From Patescibacteria group bacterium (lineage in GTDB: Bacteria; Patescibacteriota; Microgenomatia; UBA8517): a stretch of DNA of 64,000 nucleotides. This document shows positions 1 through 8,030 of this stretch, one piece after another (position 1 is the first letter of the stretch; the number at the start of each line of letters is the position of its first letter). Position numbers and translations under genes: made by a program. The notes under the pieces are model-generated. The model was not told the DNA's origin. It did no database searches and saw only the letters and a program-made list of their open reading frames with translations. Location: contig DATDRP010000004.1 of the NCBI GenBank assembly GCA_035291665.1, positions 22,272-86,271 of the forward strand, given 5' to 3'.

Positions 1-1
1 G

Positions 2-397
2 GCGGTTGATATTCTGGCTTCATCATCAGTTGCGCTTGATCCGGGTCTGGTTGGCCAATTTCACTATGAAGTTGTCATAAATGCAAGAAATATTCTGAAA
101 CGTGCCGAAAGTTTGGAAAGAATAGTTTCACTGGTAGGGGAAGCTGAACTCTCGCGCGAAGATCAAATTTCTTATCGCCGGGCAAAGAGAATAAAAAATT
201 ATATGACGCAAAACTTTTTCGTTGCGGAAACGCAAAGAGGTGAAAAAGGTGATTATGTGTTACTGGACGTGGCCTTGAAAGATTTAAATGGAATTATTAT
301 GGGTAAGTATGACAAAGTACCGGAAGATGAGTTTTTATATATTAGTACTATTTCTGATATAAAAAATGCTGATCAGGCCGCTTATTTTAACAATTAA
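2..397 (+). CDS. atpD: F0F1 ATP synthase beta subunit, C-terminal part (5' end lies outside the window)
   Basis: Frame-2 translation reads ...SSVALDPGLVGQFHYEVVINARNILKRAESLERIVSLVGEAELSREDQISYRRAKRIKNYMTQNFFVAETQRG... This matches the conserved C-terminal helical domain of the F1 beta subunit (the DELSEEDK/RARKI/FFVAE pattern). The reading frame is open from position 2. Confidence 0.8.
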   Translation, partial: AVDILASSSVALDPGLVGQFHYEVVINARNILKRAESLERIVSLVGEAELSREDQISYRRAKRIKNYMTQNFFVAETQRGEKGDYVLLDVALKDLNGIIMGKYDKVPEDEFLYISTISDIKNADQAAYFNN

Positions 398-617
398 ACA
401 AAGGCAGGGTGATATTTTTCGTGGTGAAGTTGAATATGTGACTTCCATAAACGATAAAGGCAGATTTGATGTCTTACCCGAACATACGAATTTTATCTCA
501 CTGATAAAAGATTTTATAAAATATAAAATCTCAGGCGGTGATATAAAAAATATGAAGATCGAAAATGCTGTTATGAGAGTCTACGAAAGCAAAGTTGATA
601 TCTTCTTAGGTATATGA
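366..617 (+). CDS. atpC: ATP synthase epsilon subunit
   Basis: The 83-aa product overlaps the atpD end as in F-type ATPase operons. The segment ...GRFDVLPEHTNFISLIKDFIKYK... resembles the epsilon-chain beta-sandwich. The true start could be a non-ATG codon nearby. Confidence 0.65.
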   Translation: MLIRPLILTIKQRQGDIFRGEVEYVTSINDKGRFDVLPEHTNFISLIKDFIKYKISGGDIKNMKIENAVMRVYESKVDIFLGI

Positions 618-623
618 AATTCT

Positions 624-809
624 ATGCATATACTATTATATAATGAGGTTTACGCCCAATATGTGCTGACTACAAGAATATTATGCAAATTGCTTTCGGA
701 TATAAAACTCCCGAATAAGATAATTACCGTATTATTAAACAATATAGAAGAATTCAGTATTAATATTATAAGATCGACAAAAATCTTCGATGGCAAACAG
801 TTTACTTGA
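624..809 (+). CDS. hypothetical small protein (doubtful)
   Basis: 61-aa ORF in an AT-rich region with no recognisable motif. Confidence 0.15.
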   Translation: MHILLYNEVYAQYVLTTRILCKLLSDIKLPNKIITVLLNNIEEFSINIIRSTKIFDGKQFT

Positions 810-1247
810 CTGCTAATAAAATAAAAGGGTATTTTGTATTAATTTGTTGGGACTTTATCAAATATTAAAGGTGGGGAGGGGCAAAAGGATTAAATGCCAG
901 ACAACTTATTAGAGGTGGTCTGGTAAGACTTATAATATTGTCGCAAAAAAGTATATAGTACGATTCCGGTACTTGCTTGGAATCTGCGTAATTCTTACGA
1001 AATTATTTGATTGAAGGGAAGTATAACACCAATGTCAAGGAGTGCGGGGAGTCGAATTATGGTGCTTTAATTCGGCTGAATGTCGCAGATAATTACCATT
1101 AGGGAATATGCTGGGACTTGGATAAGATATTTGCATTGATTGTAGTTGCAAATTACTTAATATCCCAATATCCTAATCTCCTAATATCTTTTTCATTTTC
1201 CTCTTCTTTGAACTTACAATCCTTTGTCATATAATTAAGTACAAAAT

Positions 1248-4200
1248 ATGACTGAAATTAGAAAGTTACATAAAGCCGGATCAAGAAGAATCAGCTACAA
1301 TCATTCGGAAGTTGAGAAATACTGGCAAAAAGTTTGGGATAAAGAAGGTCTGTACACTCCCGATATTCATAAATCTGAAAACAAATTTTATAACCTTTGG
1401 ATGTTTCCCTATCCTTCGGCAGAAGGAGTTCATGTAGGAACTATCTTTTCATCAACAGGGAGTGACGTTTACGGGAGATTTATGCGTATGAACGGATATT
1501 CTGTTTTTCAACCGATTGGTTTTGATTCGTTTGGCATTCACTCTGAAAATTACGCGATTAAAATAGGGGAAAATCCACGGTTTACACTAGGTAGAACTCT
1601 GCCACACTTCAAGAATCAATTCAAAATGATAGGTCATGAGTATGATTGGACTAAAACAGTGACAACGTCCGATATAGATTACTATAGATGGACACAGTGG
1701 ATATTTGTTGAATTGTTTAAAAGCGGTCTTGCATATCGCAAATATGTCAAGGTAAATTGGTGCCCTTCGTGTAAAACTGTGATTTCGGATGAACAGGTTG
1801 TAACACCTGCCCAAGCAGGTAAGGATCCAAGGGATGAGAATGGGGAGATCGTTAAAGAGGAAGAGGGGATGCGGGTTTGCGAAAGATGCGGCTTTTTGGT
1901 TCAGGATAAAGAACTTGAACAGTGGATGTTTCGGATTACTGATTATGCAGACCGGCTTCTTGACGGTCTTGGGGGTATTGATTGGCCGGAAAAAATAAAA
2001 ACCGCGCAAAAGAATTGGATTGGAAAAAGTACCGGGGCGCTTTTGACTTTTAACCTACAACCTACAACCCACCCCCCTGCGCACAAGGCTTCGGAAGGGC
2101 AAAGTATCCTACAACCAATTACAGTCTTTACAACCCGGCCAGATACGGTATTTGGTGCAACATTTATGGTGGTTGCCCCGGAATATGCGCAAAAATATCT
2201 ACTTAAATATATATCTGAAGATAAAATAAACGATGTAACAAAATATATCAATATATCCTTAAAGAAAACAAAGGACATCAGACTATTAAATAAGGAAAAA
2301 ACCGGCATTGAAACGGGATTGTTTGCTCTTAATCCGGCAACCAAGAAAGATATTCCTATTTATGTAGCCGATTATGTATTATCAGATTACGGGACAGGGG
2401 CAATTATGGCAGTTCCTGCTCATGATGAAAGAGATTTTGCATTTGCGAAGAAATTTAATCTACCGATTCATAAGGTAATAGATCAGACCTTGGAAACGCA
2501 TACGGTTTTGATAAAAAACAGCTTGGAGGATGGTTTTTCCGATGAAATTCAAAAAAACAATTGGTATCTGACTGATTATTTTGATTGGGGTTATGGATTA
2601 GTTCTTCCAGCTTCAGATGAGCACAAATTAATTGAGGTCATTCAAAAGTTTCTAAAATCTGGTCCTTGGTATGTGCATACCGACGGAAGTCTTAAAGCTG
2701 TTATTTTTAAAGATAAAGTTTTCAGTATCGAAAATGAAAATGAGCAGGCGAAAGATTATGCAAGAGAAATTTCTGTTACTGAAGAACAAATAGACTGGGA
2801 CAACAAGGATAACTATATGTTTTGCCACAATAAGAATGGGGTATTAGTCGATTCCGGTTCATGGAATGGTTTGAAGTATCCGGAAGATTACGAAAAGATA
2901 CTCTCTGATGTAGAAAAAAATGGCTGGGGGGAAAGAAAATCACAGTATCATCTTCGGGATTGGCTGATAAGCCGTCAACGATATTGGGGACCACCGATAC
3001 CGATGGTATTTTGTAGTAACTGTAAGAGTAAGGGTAAGAGTTGGTTTACATCTGAAAAATTTGATAACTACAAAAAACATATTAGAAATTCGAAATTAGA
3101 AATTAGAAATTTCGACGATTGGTCATCGTCAGGCTGGTATCCGGAAGAGAATCTTCCTGTTGAGCTTCCCGATATTCAAAATTATCAGCCTGAAGGCAAC
3201 GGCCGGGGGCCTTTGGCGAATCATCCTGAATTTTACAAAACTAAATGCCCGGAATGCGCAAGTGTTGCTAGAAGGGAAACCGATGTATCGGATACTTTTC
3301 TTGATAGTGCATGGTATTTTCTTCGTTATCCAAGCGTAAGAATAGAAGATCAGGAGAGTAGAAGAGTAGAAGATAAAAACAACTTACCTCTTACAACCGA
3401 CAACTTACAACTTCCCTGGTCACCGGAGGTAACCAGGGAATGGCTTCCGGTTGATCTTTACTTCGGCGGAGCAGAGCATGCTGTACTTCACCTTATGTAC
3501 GCGCGGTTCGTTTGGAAAGTATTGCGGGATTTGGGATATCTTGATTCCCAAAATGACGAACCCTTCCCGCGCTTTTTTGCACACGGATTGATGATAAAAG
3601 ACGGTGCCAAAATGAGTAAAAGCAAAGGCAACGTTGTCAACCCTGACGATTATGTGGAGAAATACGGCGCAGATACTTTACGGTTATACCTGATGTTCAT
3701 GGGACCGATGGATGGATATCCCGATTTCCGGGATACCGGTATCGAGGGAATGAGAAGATTTATCGAAAAACTTTATCAAGTTTTTCAAATGTCAGACGAC
3801 AAATATCAAATCACAAATAAAAATAAATTAGAGATAAAACAACATCAAACTATAAAAAAGGTGACCGAAGAGATACAACAATTCAAATACAACACTGCAA
3901 TTGCAGCGATTATGGAATACGTGAACTCGCTCCGCGAGTCAATTTCCAATTCCAAATTTCTAATTTCTAAACAACCAAAAAATTTGACAATAAAGCGATT
4001 CAGTGGTGATAAAATGGAAGAATCACCCACTTCTCAGGTTCTACAACCTACAACCTACAACCTATATCTACAAACTCTTGCACTTCTACTTGCTCCTTTT
4101 GCTCCGCACATAACCGAAGAGGTATGGCATAAAATCCTCGGTCACAAAAGTTCTATTCATCTTGCAAAATGGCCAAAATACGATTCGGAATTGGTTAAAG

Positions 4201-4400
4201 AGGAAACTATAACTATTCCGGTTCAAATTAATGGAAAACTAAGAGGCACAATTCAAATTGAGGCTGGTAAGTCAAATGATAAAGAATATGTTTTGAGCTT
4301 AGCCAAGGAAAATGAAAAAGTAAACAAATGGCTGAGTGCAGGAACGGTTAAAAAAGAGATTTATATTGAAGGTAGACTGGTGAATTATGTGGTCAGTTGA
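1248..4400 (+). CDS. leuS: leucyl-tRNA synthetase with several lineage-specific in-frame insertions
   Basis: 1050 aa. The N-terminal class-I catalytic core, the CP1 editing region (TRPDT), GGAEHAVLHLMYARF and the KMSKSKGN motif are all present. Low-complexity inserts such as LQPTT repeats and IRNSKLEIRNF interrupt the conserved blocks. Confidence 0.95.
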   Translation: MTEIRKLHKAGSRRISYNHSEVEKYWQKVWDKEGLYTPDIHKSENKFYNLWMFPYPSAEGVHVGTIFSSTGSDVYGRFMRMNGYSVFQPIGFDSFGIHSENYAIKIGENPRFTLGRTLPHFKNQFKMIGHEYDWTKTVTTSDIDYYRWTQWIFVELFKSGLAYRKYVKVNWCPSCKTVISDEQVVTPAQAGKDPRDENGEIVKEEEGMRVCERCGFLVQDKELEQWMFRITDYADRLLDGLGGIDWPEKIKTAQKNWIGKSTGALLTFNLQPTTHPPAHKASEGQSILQPITVFTTRPDTVFGATFMVVAPEYAQKYLLKYISEDKINDVTKYINISLKKTKDIRLLNKEKTGIETGLFALNPATKKDIPIYVADYVLSDYGTGAIMAVPAHDERDFAFAKKFNLPIHKVIDQTLETHTVLIKNSLEDGFSDEIQKNNWYLTDYFDWGYGLVLPASDEHKLIEVIQKFLKSGPWYVHTDGSLKAVIFKDKVFSIENENEQAKDYAREISVTEEQIDWDNKDNYMFCHNKNGVLVDSGSWNGLKYPEDYEKILSDVEKNGWGERKSQYHLRDWLISRQRYWGPPIPMVFCSNCKSKGKSWFTSEKFDNYKKHIRNSKLEIRNFDDWSSSGWYPEENLPVELPDIQNYQPEGNGRGPLANHPEFYKTKCPECASVARRETDVSDTFLDSAWYFLRYPSVRIEDQESRRVEDKNNLPLTTDNLQLPWSPEVTREWLPVDLYFGGAEHAVLHLMYARFVWKVLRDLGYLDSQNDEPFPRFFAHGLMIKDGAKMSKSKGNVVNPDDYVEKYGADTLRLYLMFMGPMDGYPDFRDTGIEGMRRFIEKLYQVFQMSDDKYQITNKNKLEIKQHQTIKKVTEEIQQFKYNTAIAAIMEYVNSLRESISNSKFLISKQPKNLTIKRFSGDKMEESPTSQVLQPTTYNLYLQTLALLLAPFAPHITEEVWHKILGHKSSIHLAKWPKYDSELVKEETITIPVQINGKLRGTIQIEAGKSNDKEYVLSLAKENEKVNKWLSAGTVKKEIYIEGRLVNYVVS

Positions 4401-4493
4401 TCGAAATAACCAGATGTTTCATCGAGAATTTCTTTAAAGACCCCTTCGGTTGCGAAGTTATATTAAACCTATATACAATGATTCAGGTGGACT

Positions 4494-5228
4494 ATGTTAA
4501 AAGATGAGGATGGCTTAACCGATGGTGATGGTTATATGGAATTTGAGGACAAGGACACCGACTCCAAAAAAACCTCGTTTGATTTTGAGAAATTTATTAA
4601 CAAGTATAAAGTACCGCTGGCGATTTTTTTACTGGGGCTCACCCTGACGGGTCTGGGGATATTCTTCCTTAAAAATGATAGTCCGACGGGAAGACAGAAG
4701 ATCGAAGTTCTAAGCACGGCTACAGAAAGCCAAAAGACAGAAAACAAAATCGTTGTCGAAATTGCAGGTGCCGTTAAAAAACCCGGAGTTTATACTTTTG
4801 AAAATTCAGATGTCAGAATAATCGACTTAATTTCTGTGTCCGGGGGATTTTCGGATGATGCCGACACTGTTTGGATTGACAAAGTAGTAAACAAAGCAGC
4901 AAAACTTAGTGACGGTGCCAAGTATTATATTAAGTCAGTGAATGATATGGACACTCCCGGTCCCGGTAAGCAAATAGAAGAAGAGAGTGCTAATAATTTA
5001 GATATATATCAAAGTGAATCACCTGTTTTTGGGGGCAGTAACGAAGGTTTAACCAATATTAATACAGCGTCAATTGACGAACTCGATAAACTACCCGGAA
5101 TAGGCCCTGTATACGGGAAAAGTATTGTTGAACACAGGCCTTACTCAGATATTAATGAGCTAGTCACTAAAAGTGCTTTGAAGCAGTATGTCTTCGATAA
5201 GATAAAAGAACTGGTTACCGTTAATTAA
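4494..5228 (+). CDS. comEA: competence protein ComEA (SLBB domain plus helix-hairpin-helix DNA-binding domain)
   Basis: N-terminal TM helix, an SLBB-like segment (KIVVEIAGAVKKPGVYTF) and a C-terminal HhH motif (NINTASIDELDKLPGIGPVYGKSIVEHR). Confidence 0.8.
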   Translation: MLKDEDGLTDGDGYMEFEDKDTDSKKTSFDFEKFINKYKVPLAIFLLGLTLTGLGIFFLKNDSPTGRQKIEVLSTATESQKTENKIVVEIAGAVKKPGVYTFENSDVRIIDLISVSGGFSDDADTVWIDKVVNKAAKLSDGAKYYIKSVNDMDTPGPGKQIEEESANNLDIYQSESPVFGGSNEGLTNINTASIDELDKLPGIGPVYGKSIVEHRPYSDINELVTKSALKQYVFDKIKELVTVN

Positions 5229-5242
5229 TCATAAGATCTTAC

Positions 5243-6340
5243 GTGTTAAGAACAAAAGTAAAAAAGTATGACGTCCGGGAGATGGTGATTTTTATCACAA
5301 TTACTGTGATTGTAAGTCTCAAGATTGTTGTATTTTACAATTCTCAAAATAGATTGCCGGATGGGACTAAAATTAAGTTATCCGGTAAATTGACCAGCGA
5401 ACCGATACAGTATGATACGTCACAAGGGGTTTTCTTTTTGGGATATAAATTTTATTTACCTTTACAGCCAAAACTTAGTTATGGCGATGAAATAGTTGTT
5501 GTTGGGGTAACCGAAAAAGATAAATTGAAAAGTCCTCAACTGGTCCAAAACATCTCGGGTCGAATGGTGTATCAATTCCGTAATAAAATTCTGGGTTTTT
5601 ATAACAGAAGCCTTCCAAAAGACCATGCGGCACTCGTTGCCGGGGTGGTACTCGGAGCAAAATCAGGAATAGGGTACGACCTTTGGGAAAAGTTTAAATC
5701 CAGTGGAACCGCACATGTTGTCGTTGCTTCAGGTATGAATGTTACACTTGTTGCGGGATTTCTCCTGAATTTCCTTCTTCTATTTATCAAAAGACAATAT
5801 GCAATAGTATTTGCGATTATTGGTGTATGGCTGTATGCAGTGTTAAGCGGATTTGAAGCTCCGATCGTTCGTGCCTGTGTGATGGGATCTATTGCATTTA
5901 CCGCGCAAGAGTTGGGAAAACGGAATTTTGCCTATCGATCGTTATTCCTCACAGGATTTGTAATGTTATTTATTAACCCCTCATGGTTTTTTGATTTGGG
6001 ATTCTGGCTCTCATTCTTAGCAACGCTTGCGATCTTAAAATTTGAAAAGCCGATTGAATACAGGCTTCGTAAGATACCGGTTAAAGCTTTCCGTCAGGAT
6101 CTGTCAACCACACTTGCTGCCCAGATTGGTGTTTTTCCAATTCTTTATTATTTCTTCGGACAATTTAATATTTTCTCGCCTTTAATAAATGCAGTTGTTT
6201 TATGGACAATTGTACCGATAACCTTAATTGGTATGATATCCGGTTTGATTTCACTGGTATATGAACCCATCGGTACATTGATACTATATTTATCGTATCC
6301 GTTAACGAGTTGGTTTTTGACTGTCGTTAACCTCGTTTAA
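5243..6340 (+). CDS. comEC: ComEC/Rec2 membrane channel portion (competence domain), separate ORF
   Basis: Polytopic membrane protein with the ComEC competence-domain signature ...SSGTAHVVVASGMNVTLVAGFLLNFLL... It ends 17 bp before the MBL-domain ORF. Confidence 0.7.
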   Translation: MLRTKVKKYDVREMVIFITITVIVSLKIVVFYNSQNRLPDGTKIKLSGKLTSEPIQYDTSQGVFFLGYKFYLPLQPKLSYGDEIVVVGVTEKDKLKSPQLVQNISGRMVYQFRNKILGFYNRSLPKDHAALVAGVVLGAKSGIGYDLWEKFKSSGTAHVVVASGMNVTLVAGFLLNFLLLFIKRQYAIVFAIIGVWLYAVLSGFEAPIVRACVMGSIAFTAQELGKRNFAYRSLFLTGFVMLFINPSWFFDLGFWLSFLATLAILKFEKPIEYRLRKIPVKAFRQDLSTTLAAQIGVFPILYYFFGQFNIFSPLINAVVLWTIVPITLIGMISGLISLVYEPIGTLILYLSYPLTSWFLTVVNLV

Positions 6341-6356
6341 TTAGTTTTTAAAGAAA

Positions 6357-7259
6357 ATGGAAAGAAAATGGAAAATACTTTTTTCGATATTGATGCTTTG
6401 TTGCCTCACAGTCTGGTTATCAGTCTTTACAAGCAAGAGAAACCTTCATCTGATTGCTTGTGATGTCGGACAGGGAGACGCAACGCTCATTGTTTATAAA
6501 AAATATGACATTTTGATCGATGGCGGACCGAATAATAAAGTATTGGGCTGTCTATCGAAATATATGCCTTTTTGGGATAGAACAATCGAGATGGTAATTC
6601 TGACGCACCCGCAAAAAGACCATTACTTTGGACTGATAGAAGTGATGGCCAACTATAAAGTTGATTATTTCTTAGCAAATTCGATTGAATCAAGCAGTGA
6701 TGACTATCAAGTGCTAAAAAATGCAGTAGGGAGTAAGCCTACCAGAGTGGTTTCACCTGTCTTAGGCAATAGTTATAGATTGGATTTGATGTATTTGGAT
6801 ATACTTAACCCATCTCACGAGTTTATTGCACAAAATAGCCTTAAAAATAATGAGTCTGAAGGGCAGGTGCTTGGGACTTCAACAACGACAATGGATCCCA
6901 ATGAATTTTCAATTGTATTTGAGCTTAAATTTAAGGATTTTACCGGCATATTAACGGGGGACCTGAGCCCTGAAAAATCGAATGAAATAGCCTCGCTTAT
7001 AACCAATTTGGGTAATAAACCGGTTAACTATATCAAAATACCACATCATGGATCAAAGAACGGTTTATCCGAAAACTTATTGAGAATTCTTCAACCTCAG
7101 ATTGCAACGATCTCTGTAGGTAAAAATAACAGTTATGGCCACCCCAGCCCGGAAATTCTGAAAATGTTAAGTGATCAAAATGTTAAAACATTTCGAACGG
7201 ACGAGAGCGGGGATATTGTCATAGAAACCGATGGGGAGAAAATATGGGTGAATAAGTAG
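6357..7259 (+). CDS. comEC: ComEC C-terminal metallo-beta-lactamase domain, separate ORF
   Basis: HLIACDVGQGDATLIVYK, ILTHPQKDHYFGL (HxHxDH-like) and IPHHGSKNG motifs are typical of the ComEC MBL nuclease domain. An N-terminal TM helix is present. Confidence 0.75.
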   Translation: MERKWKILFSILMLCCLTVWLSVFTSKRNLHLIACDVGQGDATLIVYKKYDILIDGGPNNKVLGCLSKYMPFWDRTIEMVILTHPQKDHYFGLIEVMANYKVDYFLANSIESSSDDYQVLKNAVGSKPTRVVSPVLGNSYRLDLMYLDILNPSHEFIAQNSLKNNESEGQVLGTSTTTMDPNEFSIVFELKFKDFTGILTGDLSPEKSNEIASLITNLGNKPVNYIKIPHHGSKNGLSENLLRILQPQIATISVGKNNSYGHPSPEILKMLSDQNVKTFRTDESGDIVIETDGEKIWVNK

Positions 7260-7261
7260 GG

Positions 7262-7385
7262 AAAAGTTGTAGGGTGTAGGAAATAGGTTGTAGGAAATAA
7301 GAAGTAGGTTGTAGGAGATGGGAAATATAGTAATTAAGTAATTAAGAGAAAGAAATGGGTTGTGAGAAGTGAGATGTGAGTGGTG
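7262..7385. repeat. intergenic array of short degenerate tandem repeats: (taggttgtagga)x3, (taattaag)x2, (gtgag[a/t])x4
   Basis: Direct reading of the sequence. aggttgtag is the reverse complement of the ctacaacct motif repeated inside leuS and near 49141. Confidence 0.7.
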
Positions 7386-7414
7386 AGTATTAAGAATTTT
7401 AGACTAGAAATTTA

Positions 7415-7654
7415 CTACTGGGTACCACCCTTGGGAGGTTGTTTTGCAATCGTCAGGTCGGTATATGCCCGAAGTAAAAATCTAAAGGTGTTTTCGTATT
7501 TTATCTCTGATAAAATTACAATATCCTCTTCACTAAAACCATACTTAGGATCCCTAAGAATCCCTTCTCTTTTGACGGGATCACTTAGATCCAAACGACC
7601 ACGCTGTATAATAAAATCACTAGCTAGCTTTCCTAAGGATTCTTTTCCTGGCAT
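7415..7654 (-). CDS. hypothetical small protein (79 aa)
   Basis: Balanced charged composition. It overlaps a less protein-like plus-strand ORF (7380..7706). No motif was recognised. Confidence 0.25.
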   Translation of the reverse strand: MPGKESLGKLASDFIIQRGRLDLSDPVKREGILRDPKYGFSEEDIVILSEIKYENTFRFLLRAYTDLTIAKQPPKGGTQ

Positions 7655-7733
7655 AATTGAGACGAATTATATCACGCAAGGCATAAAAGATGCTAAAATA
7701 TATTGATTTTCATTTGATAAACAGTTTAAACCT

Positions 7734-7916
7734 GCGCCTGTAGTTTAAAGGATAAAACTTTGGGTTTTCGATACCTAAAGGTAATGAAGTTCAGCCCTCG
7801 TAGCTTAACGGACAAAGTGACAGTTTCCGGAACTGTTGATGCCAGTTCAATTCTGGCCGAGGGCACAGATCGGATTAACCCAATGACTGGAGGTTCGATT
7901 CCTCTCAGGCGCACCA
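7734..7916 (+). other. tRNA-like outer gene: tRNA-Arg(TCG) 5' half and 3' half separated by a ~105-nt insert that contains tRNA-Arg(CCG)
   Basis: - 5' half: acceptor GCGCCTG, D-arm GTTT/AAAGGATA/AAAC, anticodon arm TGGGT-TTTCGAT-ACCTA.
- 3' half at 7888..7916: T-arm GGAGG-TTCGATT-CCTCT, acceptor CAGGCGC (perfect complement of the 5' acceptor strand), discriminator A and an encoded CCA. A T8 run follows. Confidence 0.3.
7794..7865 (+). tRNA. tRNA-Arg (anticodon CCG)
   Basis: Manual cloverleaf: GCCCTCG / TA / GCTT-AACGGACA-AAGT / G / ACAGT-TTCCGGA-ACTGT / TGAT / GCCAG-TTCAATT-CTGGC / CGAGGGC / A. U33 and A37 are present, there is a GG in the D-loop, and no CCA is encoded. Confidence 0.8.
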
Positions 7917-8030
7917 GTTTTTTTTGAGCGCCAGTTGTCGAACGCGGAATTTTCAAGTTCGAAAGGACAATGCCTTTTGGAGGCAATAGCCAGTGAGATT
8001 CACGATAGCGAAAGGATTCATAATCAAAAA

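Noticed and set aside
1587-2344. Minus-strand ORFs (140 and 133 aa) inside leuS
   Set aside because: They lie fully within the well-supported leuS coding frame on the opposite strand and have no protein-like features. They are shadow ORFs.
7380-7706. 108-aa plus-strand ORF between comEC and the tRNAs
   Set aside because: It has an implausible composition (many Ser/Leu/Ile, CFAIVRS) and overlaps a somewhat more protein-like minus-strand ORF. Neither is convincing, so only the minus one is listed, at low confidence.
7726-7986. 86-aa minus-strand ORF overlapping the tRNA region
   Set aside because: Its translation contains RLRGIEPP and ARIELAS, the typical reverse-strand translation of tRNA T-arms. 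It is an artefact of the tRNA genes.
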